Assembly (NCBI GenBank): GCA_002269645.1
Contig: NIVC01000412.1
Span: forward strand, 558,001 to 622,000
Length of the DNA: 64,000 nucleotides
Direction of reading: 5' to 3'
DNA from: Macrostomum lignano
Lineage: Eukaryota
Shown here: piece by piece, positions 47,873 to 61,500 of the stretch
How the letters are laid out: each line of letters starts with the position of its first letter
Numbering within the stretch: the first letter of the stretch is position 1
Translations under genes and position numbers: made by a program
The notes under the pieces: model-generated
Database searches by the model: none
Told to the model about the DNA's origin: nothing
Seen by the model: the letters and a program-made list of their open reading frames with translations, nothing else

Positions 47873-50599
47873 CCGAGTCTTGTTCGTTCTATCTATTTAT
47901 TTATTTATTCTTAAGGTTTAAGCCAAGCTCAAGCTTCTTCATTTCCATTTTCCATCATTAAAATATTGGTGGATGCTGATTTGATAGTGACAGCTGATTA
48001 TGAGTCAGTTTCGTTATTAGCTGTTCTTTGCTTGCTTTCCATTGTAATAATGAGCGTTATGCTTCATTTTCAAATAACTATATATATAATGCATTGTGTC
48101 AGACACTTGTTGCTATAATTGTTGGATTTGATTAAGTCATAACATCGAACAGGGCCAGTAAAACAAAAAATCTGACGCGACGCTTGTTTTTAAAATGTAC
48201 CCGCCCCCTCCAGTCACAGGGAATTCAATCTATCAATCTCCTCTCCCCTCTTTTATCTCCCCTTTTCTCTCATCTCTGATCTTCTATTCCCTCTCTTTCC
48301 ACACTCATCTGGCCCGCAGCCATGAGCTGGACTCTCTCTGACCGTTAAGGTAAAAAGAAAGTTTGCCAACCCCTGCATGCGTACGTAAAATGATGAGGCC
48401 ACATGTATAAACAAGTCTTCAGCTAATTAATCCTTTTTCTGTAGTCTATGGCCGCGCTCAAGTGAAGATTAAGTATGGGCTAGTTATAGCCATAGACAAA
48501 ATTTTGGTGACAGTTTTCCTTATTGTCTGTCAACAGTAGAGACAATGCCAATAAGTAGTATGTGCCGTAACAGCAAATTAAATCTATTTAAATTCCTCGT
48601 ATTTTGGGAGATTATTATCGTCGGGTCCATGTCGGTGTTATTAATTTACCTGAGAGGATTTTGCCATTATGTAGTCATATTAAATTCAAATATACTACTA
48701 ATCTAAATAGTAGTGCAGTTTAGTAAAAAATCAAACCAAATATTCAGCTAGCATGTCCAAGGCAAACAAATCTCATCTTTAAATTGCTACATGTTTACTA
48801 AAATTGATATAAATAGCTTGTCCTATCTTAATTTCAATACATTAGCTTACAATTCTCAATACATTCATGCGCGCTCGCAATAGTGAAGGGTTGAATAAAA
48901 ATGCCTAACTAAGCGTGCTTCTCATGCCAAAATATATATTTATTGATTCTAACAGTAATTATTTCCAGGTTAAATATAATCTAATACAAGAAATACTGAT
49001 CGCACAAAATATATTTTCAGAAGGCCAATTTTTTTAGTCATTAACAATTAATAAATCATGTACTTTTTTATTTCTAGTGCAGTTTCAACTAAAAATAATT
49101 TTAACTGCTTCGATGCTTCGATTCTGTTTTTTATTCCAACGCAAGCAGATGATCTTCAATAGTCTTTAATGCTTAAAAGTTATAAACATTGGGAAGGTTC
49201 TATTTCTTGACTTGACTTGAAGCTTTCAACAAATTTATGGAACCTATTTAATTGCTTGAGTATATTCTGTTAAGGAAACATTAAACGCAATGGAGAGGTT
49301 CCCTTATTTTTTCAGCATTGTTATGACCGTTTGTCACTCTGTTTGTAGATTTCGCACGACCTTATTTGACCATTTGATAACTTTGACCGTGTTACTTGCA
49401 GTAGTAAATCTATTTCTAAATTTATCCAGCTATTTATGCAAATGCAGTACGGTATGTATTATTAAAAAAGAGAGCATCTATTGTCTCATGCGGCGCGCTG
49501 TATCCATTTTTGCGTAGCTTTGCCAGTCCAGGCGAGGCATGTACATGTACTTAACGCTGAAATTTTACAGAACTAATTTCTGATATATACCTAGGATTTA
49601 TATAGCTTTTGTTTCCTGTTTGAACTAGCTGGGGCATCTCGATGCAGATTGAATGCGCGAGTGTTTTTTGTGTGTGCAGTTATTCGTCGGTTGTTGAGCT
49701 GTTAATAAATTACCAATTTAATTAAAAATACACATTTATATATCAATTGCATGTACTGTTTCAAACGCTCCTAAAAGAATATTATCTATACTGATTCATT
49801 TCCGAGTTGGTAATTCAAAAGTCAAATATTAAGCTATATTCCATGAAATTCTGGGTTGGTAATTAAGCCTTCGACTTGATTTCCAGGTCAATAAATGATA
49901 TTCTCTTGGGCTAGACTTCCAACCTATAATAATTCTAGACCATCGAATAGATTCCAAGCAGCCACTGAAAAGCAGATTCTTGTGCTTTTTTGTAAATTTT
50001 GCATCGTTGATCGGCTCTTTGAGTCTCCTCGGCCCTCGGCCGGCAAGTCATTAGTAACAACACTGACCGCCGCTGGCCTAGTGTTTATCGACTCGGTTGG
50101 TTATATCGGGCTGGGTTGTAAAAGCGGCGACCCGAACAGAACTACAAGTTGCAATTGTCAACAAAGTACTTGGAGCAAATAATTCGGGTTTGGTGCTGCT
50201 ATTTTGTCAGTGGGCTCGTGTGTCAGGTTCTTATCGTGTACGAGTACATCGACCTGGTCAACAAGCAGCCGACCTGGACTCGACAGAACGTGTACATCAG
50301 CATGATAGCCATGGCTGATAACTGCTAAAACTTCGTCAATGCTTGGTAAATCATTAACAGAGATTTAGGGGTCAGAGCAACATGGCATATACCTTAAAAA
50401 TAGCTCATTAGATGTACCCATGCATGCATATAAAAATGAAAATGACAAGAAAAAATATTTGATATGCAGTCACCATCGAAAAATTTTGTGCACCGTCGAC
50501 GCTGTTAAGCTGCACTTTTGCTGTGTCGATATTCGCCAAGTTGGTCCTCAAACCGCCGTGAAGCTCTCATATTAGGTCGCTGCAGGTGAGACACTGCGT

Positions 50600-51110
50600 G
50601 CACCGGGGACATAATAGTCGGCCAGTCCAGCCAAAGTGAGCTAGCCAGACTCGTTCCAGCAGCGCCATGTCTTTTGTCGACTACAAGCAGCGGTAGCTGT
50701 AGCTGCTAGGCGTCGTGCTGGACTCTGTGGGTTCGACCCGCGGATGAAAGCGTTAATTGGTGAAGGTCCGCAAAACTGCAGTCGATGGAGCCAGCTGTAG
50801 CTGCAGATGTTGCGGCATCAGCGTAACGGCGGAGCCGGTGTCGCGACGAAATGATCATATTCCAAGAACTTCGCGAGCAGCATAACCGACAGGCCGGCGT
50901 TGCTGCCTGTTGATCGGACTGCGACGATTGTGAGCTGTTGGCTATAATTTTCACGCCCGGCCTAGCGTGGATTCCGTGGAAATTGGTTTCCCACCTCCGG
51001 CCTGAGCGCGGGCCAGGTGCCAACGGTGTCGCTGTCCAGTTCCTTGTCGAGTCTGGGCCACCAGACGAAGCTCCGCGCAAGGATCTTCATTCGGCTCGCA
51101 CCGAGACTCC
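50600..51110 (-). mobile_element. Gypsy LTR-retrotransposon remnants (integrase Zn-binding region and protease)
   Basis: GASRMKILARSFVWWPRLDKEL, DTGSAVTLMP, LRTFTN and ALLERVWLAHF(G)LDW, with frameshifts and stops. Confidence 0.75.
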
Positions 51111-51567
51111 CTGAGTTTTCCTCAGCACACAACCACTATCGACTGAAAGCTGTTTGACGTTGGGCGTAGTCCGGGAATTCGTTAGCTGCATGGCAGCTCC
51201 TGTCCCAACTGCAAGCCCCACATCATCTTCAACAGTGTCGTGTCAGCTTGAGTTGCATTGGCAATGGCAGCAGCAGTCACTGAGACGTTGATCGAATCGT
51301 CCTCCAGAGTGAGCGAGTGCACCGCAGCTCTCGACAAAGTTGCCCTTGAGAGGCAGACGGTTAGAGAGGATCGCAGTTTCCATTCTACTTCTCGGTCAGC
51401 CTGAACTTCATAATAGATTACTGGTAGCCTGATTGGATGGCTCACCTTTGCATCCTGGCAGCAGCTCGCGTCGGCATTTCCTTGTCCGGGCCCAGCAGTC
51501 CGAGGAGCGGCGAACAATCCGTCACACGATGGTGAAATAGCGACCGTATAGGAATCATGAAACCGCC

Positions 51568-51766
51568 GTGTGGCGGAAAAGTTCATATTTATTCAGCCCA
51601 AATGGTTTTTTTACATTAAGAGAAATTGACGCGTGGGGGTGGGGGCGCCCAGTGTACGAGCAGATGTACATTGCACGACAGGGCGAAGTGGGGTGAAAGG
51701 TGAGTCGGCTTTCTCTTATTGTTAAAAACCATTTGGGCTGAATAAATATGAACCTTTCCGCCACAC
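51568..51766. mobile_element. small MITE/hairpin with ~60-bp inverted arms
   Basis: gtgtggcggaaaagttcatatttattcagcccaaatgg... is inverted at 51708-51766. No TSD seen. Confidence 0.75.
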
Positions 51767-53153
51767 TCCCCCAATGACCTGATCGATTGAGGTCAAGGTC
51801 ATTTCACAGAAGGAAAAGTAACACAATGTAGAAAAAACAAATATTGCCGCCGCTAAAACATCGGACTGCAGAAAAAAGGCAAAAACCGAAAAAGCACGAA
51901 AATCAACCAACTGTGAATAAACTGCAAAATTACCAGAAAAAACGCAAACCAATCACCGATAAAAGAGAAAACCACAAACTACATAAACAAGAACTAACCG
52001 GCTCGAAGAAAAAAACTTAACTTAAAGCGACTGTAAGAACAAACACCACCAACTACAAAAAACAACAAACGTGTCGCAACCAAAACCAACCACCAAACAA
52101 CAACGACCGTGAACCACCAACCAACCGACTGAACGACCACCGACCGTCACACAGCCACAGACATCGAACGACAACCGACCGAACGCCACCAACCAACTGA
52201 CTGACCGACCACTAACGACACAGACTTCCAGAGGTACCAGCAACTTCACTTGCCGTCGAAGATGCGTAGCAGCTCGACCACTTTGAGAACTGGCCACCCG
52301 CAGTAGGCATGAGCGGGCGACTCCATCGCGACCCTGGTGCACAGCTTCGACAACCGCAAGCTTCCCTTGAAGTCTTGGTAATCCGGCATCCATCACTAAC
52401 TCTACGTCACCAGCTCGTATTTCCCGATTCGATGTTCGACCGTCTTTAGATGATCGCTCACGGAGGGCCAGAATGTACTGTGCTTGCCACTCCTTCCAGA
52501 ACTTGTTCAGCAAATGTCTGGACTTTCGGAGCCTTTCGGGAAGCGGCAAGGACCATTGAAACTTCGCTTCGTCCTCTGGTTCTTTTGTCAGGCGGCGCAG
52601 AACGAGGAAATGAACAGGTGTGATGACTTCTGATTGCTCACCGGAAGACACAAAGCCAAGCGGTCTAGAGTTTACAACCGCTTCCGCCTCACAGATTACT
52701 GTCGACAGCTCCTCGACGGTCAGGAAAGCCCTTCTGATTGTCTTCTTGAGCACTGATTTCACTACGCCGACCAGCCTCCTTGTCCAGCTGGGAGTAATTG
52801 TGCTGGGCCGAGGTCAGCCAGCGAGACGGCGGCCCATCTGCTGATCTGCCCCGCCCTGACATCACACCGCTGCCGCCTCTGGGGGCCAAGCCCGGAGCCC
52901 GCGGCAGTTTTCGAGAACTGCGTCGCGGTGTTGAACTTCCTGGGGAAGGCGGGCGCCATCTGACGCCCGGTGCCATGGGTCCTGGCCCGAGCACGCCCGA
53001 AGAAGAAGAAGAAGAAGGTCAGCCAGCGACTTCAATCGCATGGTCCTGCCCTATCAGGATCAGGTGGAGTATGCTGACGCGTTGTGCTCCGTTCGAAGAG
53101 GCACGTCCGGGTTGAAGTGCATCGGGCGCCGGAATCCAGCAGCAGCTGACTTA

Positions 53154-54427
53154 TTTGGTGAGCCAAAAGTTTCCGGAATTTGAACATTTTAAAACTATAA
53201 CAAATAGTGTCAAGAACAAACAGTTTACAGCGATGTGATGTAGTTGCCATTCAAGGCCCTGACCCTCTCCCATCTTGCTGGCAATGCCTCAATCCCCTCC
53301 CTCCAGAAGCTCGCAGGCTTTGAATCAATCCATTTCTGCACTGCCTGCTCCACATGTTGCTTGTTGGCGAACCGCTGTCCATCACAAAAGCTCTGGAGAG
53401 ACCTGAACACATGGTAGTCGCATGGCGAGAGGTCTGGCGAGTATGGTGGGTGGGGCAAGACACTGAAGCCCAGGCTTGCCAGCTTGGCCTGGGTGAGTCT
53501 TGCTTTGTGAGGCCGCGCATTGTCGAAGAGGAGCACCTTGTCGCGGTGTCCCGGGCACACGGATCGCAGCAAACGGGCGACCTGCTCCAGTTCGCTGCAG
53601 ATCACCTCCGCGTTCACAGCCATGCCATGCGGGATGACCTCCCAGAAAACAGGGCCAGACGAGCAGAACCAGAAAGATAGCAGCTCCTTGCCGCAGTGGG
53701 GGTTCCGCATTGGGCAGCTGGGTGGTTCTTCAGAAGCATCGACCCAGACGGCTGATGTGCTTGGGTTCTCATAGCAGACCCACTTCTCGTCTTGAGCGAT
53801 TATCGACTTGAGAAAGTTTGGCGATCCGGCCTGGCGAAGATTCGAAGTTGCCACATCCACCCTGGCTCTCAGCTGCTGAGGTGTCAGCTCATGGGGCACA
53901 AAGTTGGCTTCTTCGGCACCTTGTCCGCAGCATGTAGGCTCCGCCGGACCGTGCCATAGGACACCCCAGTAGCAACTGACAGCTTGCGCACGCTGTAGTC
54001 CGGATTGTCCTCAAGGGCTTGGAGAACGGCATCGCCATCAGCAGCAGGGGGTCGGCCTGACCTCGGCTTGTCTTTCAGCTCATAGTTCTCCTCTGCAAAG
54101 CGAGAGAACCAGTCGTACACCGACGACTTGGAGGGTGCATGTGGGCCCATCAGCTGCAACAACTCGCGATGTGCCTCTGCTGCGTTGCGTCCCGCATGAA
54201 AGTGGTTGAGCAGAATTGCTCGCCATTCAGTTCTTGGCAGTTCCATTGGATGCGTTTGCTGGCTTAAGTAGGCAGGGTCTGAGAAACTGAGCAATATTAA
54301 GCTAAAGAGTGATGATAAGGCTGGCCAACAGCATAGTAGATGGTTGCTGCTTTTAAGCTTTTCCATAGACAAAAATTAACTAAAAGTTCGATTCTAAAAA
54401 ATTCCGGAAACTTTTGGCTCACCCTAA
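53154..54427 (-). mobile_element. full-length mariner (D,D34D) element, 1274 bp
   Basis: ~29-bp TIRs (ggtgagccaaaagtttccggaattt) with TA on both flanks. Confidence 0.93.
53225..54246 (-). pseudogene. mariner transposase with a single frameshift near 53900
   Basis: ATG at 54246 (MELPRTEW), HTH, RSGRP, frame change at the (W/F)VPHEL motif, then DEKW, DNARPH and YSPDLSPCDY. Confidence 0.9.
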
Positions 54428-55542
54428 TAAAAGCACGGATCAGGCTAAGTGGTCCTCGTGGGATCACCCACTTCCATGCTCGCTCCCTTGGTGAGCAGGG
54501 TTTGAGAGGCACTACGATCGGATCGCCAGCAACGAGTCCGGACTGATCCATCGTCTCCGACAGGAGGAATCAGAACTGGCGCGCGACGCATCTGCTCAGA
54601 AACTTCGTTAACTCAAGGACGGCCTGAATGTGCGCCTCTTCCGCGCTTGATATTTGATAACAAATATCAAATCAGACACGACACAGGCTAGTTAACAATA
54701 ATTATACGTACCACAGTATTAAATTCAAGGACGACTGAAGTAATGTGTATACTTATCTGTACTTAAGTAGTCCTTGATTAAATTCAGTTCACGAAATTAA
54801 AATTAACCTATTCCACAGTTCATAGTGTCGCCATAATGCCAATATAATCGAAAACCATTGGTGTTTAAATTGGAACATGTGGTACATCCAGGATGCTACA
54901 TTCATATATGTACACGCGTGTTACATTATTTGAAAATTCTAAAAAACAGTTCCGTAACTTTATAGTACACATTGTATGCAACTTTCTACTTAGTTGGAAG
55001 AGAAAGGTAGAGGCTACTAATCTCGTAAGGTATAATCTTCAAACACAAAATTGAGGTTAAAAATAGATAACGTTTTGGTGCTTGATGTTTAACAATAAAT
55101 TTCAGTCAGTGACTTCAAAATTTGTTCGAACTTGTTTTAATGAAACTGTTTTTATCAATTTCTGTGGAGACGATATCCAATTTAATTTCACTATTTTGCG
55201 ATAACGAAAAAATATTGTCAGTAATAGTGGCAACAACTTATACATAAATATTCAGATACCAATAGCTAGGCCACGACAAAAGCTCACGTTAACTTAGCAC
55301 CCTTCTGAGTCTGAGTCGAAGTCTAGCTGAATACTAAATAACTATACTACAACCTCAGCCTCATCCCACTAACAATTTGTTAGGTTAGACCTAACAGTTT
55401 GTTAGTTGGGCTTAATTTCTTTTTTTGCTATAGCAAATTGTCAATTGCTGTTTTAACATGCCATAAAGTTGCAGAATGTAAACAATATTGATTGATGACT
55501 TCACTTTATTTGTGTCACTAAGGCCAGGACATTTGTTCAGCG

Positions 55543-58500
55543 ATGGCTTCTGAAAGTGGGTTGACAGCTTGTGTTAGTATTGGTAAGTTATGTAACAATA
55601 TTTATTAAATTTGTGCCTATTAAATATTTGTTTAAATAAATGAGTAGTGTTGCAAAAGTAGGCAAATTTTCAAAAAATGTAAGCTATCTGAACAAATATG
55701 CTTAAGTACTTAGTCTTAAGCTTCTAGATTGTTAAAGTTTTTAACTAGATATTACATAATTAAGCACTTTATTACATTTAATTTTGCTTACTTATTATAA
55801 ATACTAAATCAATAAAGCAACAAAAAGTGTTGATAGGACTATTTTAAGAACAAAATTACAGCATTATCTATAGACATCCAAAAATATTCAGTATACTGAA
55901 ATAAGTTGCTTAGCAAGTATGATTTCTTTTTAAAAAGACATCAATATTTATCTATCATATTTCAAATACATTTTTTCAGTTCCCTACAAGCTGAAGGAAG
56001 AAATCAAGTATCAACTAAATGATAAAGAGTTTTCAAAATTGTGTCAAAAAATTGATGCCAAGAAAGATGATTTGCAGCTGTTACTTCAAAATCAAAGTAA
56101 TGGCAACTTCAACTTGGTGACAGTGACTCAAAAACAAGTTTCTGATAGTTCCAACACTGACAGTGACTCATCAGATGATGAAGATTGTCTCAAAGGCTTT
56201 CCTGAAATTGAATTGAAAATATCAATTGTGGATTTCTCTTCTGACCATTTACAACATTTTAAGGATTTTGTTTGTCAACAAACTGGTGGTTTAATTGAAT
56301 TGATAACAAAAAGTGTAAAAGTTCAAAATGACATTGCCTTCAGCATTTTGTTTGAAGAAGAATATTACAAGTCCCTGTTGAAGAATGCTAAGAAGCTGCA
56401 GTAAGTGTTTTTCTTGCATTTAATCCAATTGCTCATCAATTTTTTATGTTGCATTTTATTTAGTTTTTGTATTGCTAAATGCACTTTTTAATATGGCTTA
56501 AAAAGTTGAGTTTTCAGTTATAACTTACCATTTTCAAAATTCATTTGCCTTTAATAAGTGCATGGACTACCAAAATGGCGACAAAGTCACTTGCTGGCGC
56601 TACTAATAATTACACCAGTAGAACTGTCAAAAGCACAGCTGCTACTGACACTTGTGCCGATACAACTGCAGCGAAGTCAGCTGCTACTACTGACAATTTT
56701 GACGACACGATTTCTGCAAAGTCAGCTGCAACTGACACTGATGCCGATACAACTGCAGCAAAGTCAGCTGCAACTGACACTGATGCCGATACAACTGCGG
56801 CGAAGTCAGCTGCTACTACTGACAATTTTGACGACACGATTTCTGCAAAGTCAGCTGCAACTGACACTGATGCCGATACAACTGCAGCAAAGTCAGCTGC
56901 AACTGACACTGATGCCGATACAACTGCGGCGAAGTCAGCTGCAACTGACACTGATGCCGATACAACTGCAGCGAAGTCAGCTGCAACTGACACTGATGCC
57001 GATACAACTGCAGCGAAGTCAGCTGCAACTGACACTGATGCCGATACAACTGCAGCGAAGTCAGCTGCAACTGACACTGATGCCGATACAACTGCAGCGA
57101 AGTCAGCTGCAACTGACACTGATGCCGATACAACTGCAGCGAAGTCAGCTGCAACTGACACTGATGCCGATACAACTGCAGCGAAGTCAGCTGCAACTGA
57201 CACTGATGCCGATACAACTGCAGCAAAGACTGCTTTCGGTAGACACACTGAAATGGATGCATCAGTATTACCAGAGGTGAGTTGAAGTTAAGAGAAGTTC
57301 TAGAAGTTGAGTTGAAGTTCTAGATTTTTTATTTTTGTACCCTTTGAATTCATTAACTTCTAACTCTGGTTCTAAGCCTTTTTGTAACCTCTTCCATAAA
57401 TTTCTTCCCAAGTGCCAAGACACTCTAAAGCTTGAACTCTAATTCGCCTAGAATTAAAGCGTAACTTCACTTTCTGCAAGCTATGTTATCAAGTTTTTCA
57501 CGTTTTCTATGAATTATTTCTTATAAATATTAACAAGCCTTTGTATTTCCTTGGCGGGTTGTCTTGGTAGCTATATAACTTTACTGCCCAAGCGTAATAC
57601 GGGAGTACGACGTTTGCTTGCGGGAAGTTTGCTTGCAGGAATTTTGCTTGCGGAAATTTGCTTGCCGAAGTCTGCTTGCTGAACTTTGCTTGCCGAACTT
57701 TGCTTGCCGAACTTTGCTTGCCGAACTTTTTGCTTGCTGAACTTTGCTTGCCGAACTTTGCTTGCGAAACTTTGCCTGCCGAACTTTGCCTGCCGAACTT
57801 TGCTTGCCGAACTTTGCTTGCCGAACTTTGCTAGCGGAATTTTGCTTGCCGAACTTTGCTTGCCGAAATTTGCTTGCCGAAGTTTGCTTGCCGAACTTTG
57901 TTAGCGGAATTTTGCTTGCCGAGGTTTGCCAGCCAAAGTTTTCTTGCGGAACCTTAAAAATCTATTTTTGAGCTCTTGTATTTCTAATTTTTATTTTCTA
58001 AGATTCGTGGAAGTCGCCTATAGTGTTATTATTTTGTATGAGGATATGGCGTATTTGAAAAGCCCTAACGCAGAAATGGAATAATTTAGTTTTTACTGGG
58101 AATATGTTTTCAACAAAAAAATGGACACAATTTTGAACAATACACATATCGAATGATTTAGGCACCGAAATGTACATAATAATTTTTTTGCAATTGACTG
58201 TACCACCGATCTGTGAATTGCTACATATCATGACTCGTTAGGATACCCTAATACCTTAATACCCTAATTATCAGTTCGACGCTGATAAGAATCCACTTGC
58301 AAAGCATCTGTAGTAAGTAATAATTGACTGACCAACTTCTCAAGCAATCAAAACAAGCAAGCAAACAAGAAAATAATTCGGCAAGTTAAAACCTCTTAAT
58401 TGTGATTGCGAATTTCTAGGAAGCAGACATCAAAATTCCACAAGCAAAGTTCGGCAAGCAAAATTCCTGTAAGCAAAATTTCTGCAAGCAAAGTTCGGCA

Positions 58501-61500
58501 AGCAAAGTTCGGCAAGCAAAGTTCGGCAAGCAAAAGTCCCGCAAGCAAACTTCTCGCAAGCAAATTTCATAGACCCGCGTAATACATTGAATATTCTTTC
58601 TTTAAATTGCAAAATGCTTTATTATTCACTAAGTCTGGTCCGAGCGATTTAGTAGCAGTGAACTAAAGTTTCCCGCCAAGGCTGCTTTACTTCACTTACT
58701 CGTACACTTCACTTACTTCACTTCACTTCACTTCACTTCACTTTTACTTTACTTACTTCACTTACACTTTCACTTTTCTCTAACAAAACTGCCCTCATTT
58801 AATAGATCACTAGCATCACGCATTCAGTAGATCTTCTCTCTCTACAAACACTCAGCTTGGCTCAATGATATGATAACATAACTTCTATGATAACAACATC
58901 CAGTGGCCAGGCGTGGCGGAGTCGGGAGTGAGGGGGCATTGCCTTCCCAAAGTTTCAATGGCATCAATAATTACGAGTATATTATAGCATTTAGTTGTTA
59001 TTATCCATTTAGTCTTCTCTATCCAAAAAGCATCAGCTTGTGCTTGCGTTGCCCCCTTCTTGTGAAGGACAATTTGTCTTCTGCTATGCTGACCAGTGGC
59101 TCATACAATTAGGTTCTAAGCACTGTTAACTTTCTAGTCTGACAGGAATCTTCAAGAAAAATTGATCGTGGTTAATTAGTATTGGCCTTTTTAGTTATAA
59201 ATAATCTAATTCTGTTGCTGGTTACTGGGCAGGCAACTGCATGGTCCTTTCAATAACTGAGATTGTGTCATTTTCAGAGCTTTACTTCACTTACACATTT
59301 ACAAGTACATGCAGCATATTTTGTTGTTAGCTCATATTGCCAGCTAACTTTAGCAGGAAATAGCCGTTATGAGAACATTTAGTGTGAAAGAACTGCGCAT
59401 ATTGACAGCTTTGTTTGATTTCACAGTTGGAACCTTTACAAAGAAACCCTGTATAATCTCAATTTTCTCTGGGTGCAAAAAATTAAATAGCTAGCTACAT
59501 ACATATGTATTACATACTTAAAAGTTACATTCCATTTTAACATTTCAGTTCCTCCCAGCAGTTTTTTTTAGTAAATCAGAGCTCCAAAACTTGACAGTAG
59601 AAGACCAAAAGAAATACGTAAGTATCGCCGCAAAGTCTTCAAAACTCGTGTAAGTTCAGTTTTCTTTAAAAATTAAAGTAAATACCACAAAACTTTTTAG
59701 GTTCAGTACGAGTTTCGGCTTTGTCTGCCTGATCTATTCAGCTATTTAGAAAAGTATCAGTTTCGTAATATTTATCGCAATTCAAGCCTTCGTAAAAAAG
59801 TGGCAGAACTAGCAATGTGTCATATATTAAAGAACATGCATGGTTTCACTGTTTCTCTGGTGCTCAGTAACGAGAAGTTAAACAGATTGTACCAAGAAAT
59901 CCCGAATAAAGTGGACGGCTCCAACTACTACTGCTTGCCCGCATGGCAAGTTTATATTCGATCAGATGCAGCTGAGCATATTTCATATCAGTTTAATATT
60001 AGTGAGTGCGGTGAGATGATCGATCTATTTCATTGTGAAGAGTATCGAAAATTGACAAATCAATTTGGCTTTTTTGAAAGCCTAAAGCAGGTCAGCATCA
60101 AAAGCCTTTTAACTGAAGGACTAAATGATATAGTCAAGGAAAAGCTATTGCGAAAAATCCGCGAAACAAAGTGTCGCAAACTTCACAAAGACTGCTTTCT
60201 TCAGTTTGCTATCTTTGGTCGCTATGAGACCTTGAAAAGGCTGCCTGATGCCCGCTCCTTAACAGCTCTAATGTTTAGTTTCTGTTATGAGTGTTTTGAA
60301 AATACTGAAATCGTCGATTCTATTCCATCGATTTATATTCATTTCATCACCAAGTTTTTGAAGCCATTGCTGGAAAAAGCCGATTTCTCAGTGCAGAAAC
60401 AATTTTCTAATGATTTTATCGCTTGTGTCAGTTTCTTCATTCTAAACCCACAAATAACACAATTTTATCCGTTTTCTGCTGATGGAAAGGCTCTTGCTGG
60501 TATTTTATTTGTCCGGATTATGTCAATCATACGGCAGCCTGACGCTGATATACAGTTGGAACGAAAAGTTGCAGATTTGTTTCTTAATTTTATTAATGAT
60601 CCTATAATTCCGGAACTTGACGATGATTTCCTTAAGTGCTTGGATCATGCTGGTTGCATTGACACGATTTTTGCAATTTATCGAAAAGCTTCATCTAGGA
60701 CTGGTAAATGCAATACGTCGTTCCTTAAGCTTCTTGATAAGCTGAGGTGTCCAAAAAGATTAGACTTAAGATTTATTCCAGTGGTTACTGACTGTCTTAT
60801 GAGAAGCAAGAACCATGCTAATGACGAAATGATGATTGAGTTTTGCTACATTGCTCACAAAAACGGTTTCGATTTGAACGACTGTGAAGCGTCATTGGCT
60901 TTGTATATTGCGTCGAACGACAAAGAAAGCTGCAGTCGAAAAGCAAAAGAGTTTTTGAACAGCGCCGAAAGCACACAAGGATTAGATCCTAGTGTGTTGT
61001 CGTTCATCAAGAAAGTTCTAAGAGAACGGGCAATATCTGGCGCACTCGAAAGCCTGAAATGCGATAAAGGACTAACTGTGCCAGAAATTCTTAAATCAGC
61101 CAGAATAATATTACCAGCCGATAATTCTGAAGACGCTAATGCTGATAAAATTGAGACAATTAGAGCCGCTTTCTTAAAGTCTCTAGAGAACTATCCTGCG
61201 GAGGATGAACTTTGCAGTGCTGCAGCATTTGCTGAGCTTCTCAGAATTACCTGTCTAGAACAAAAAGATGCTTTTGCGTGGCAACTGGTGAAGAAAATTC
61301 TCGAGAAAAAATCTCGCTTTCGATCCGAGTTTGTGAGAAAATTCAACACATTGCCCATCAATACTCATCTAAAAGAGACTTCGGGGCAAATGAAGGGCCA
61401 ATCGCATGAAATTTTGTCTACATACCTTCTTGCTTGCGAAGAAGAAAGCAACAAATTGCCACAAGAAGCTATTGAAGACTTGTTACTGGATTGTTCGGAA

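Larger units (their letters stand above)
52022..54650 (-). mobile_element. internally deleted BEL/Pao LTR-retrotransposon (protease motif + integrase C-terminus/DUF5641), interrupted by a mariner
   Basis: ORF 52022-52762 has EAEAVVNSRPL, ITPVHFL, FWKEWQAQY, GRDGVARS and LRRQVKLLVPLE. LLLDSGA lies near 53135. RT and RNase H are absent. Confidence 0.8.

Noticed and set aside
54720-54780. Small caaggac...gtccttg hairpin
   Set aside because: Too short and single-copy in the window to classify.
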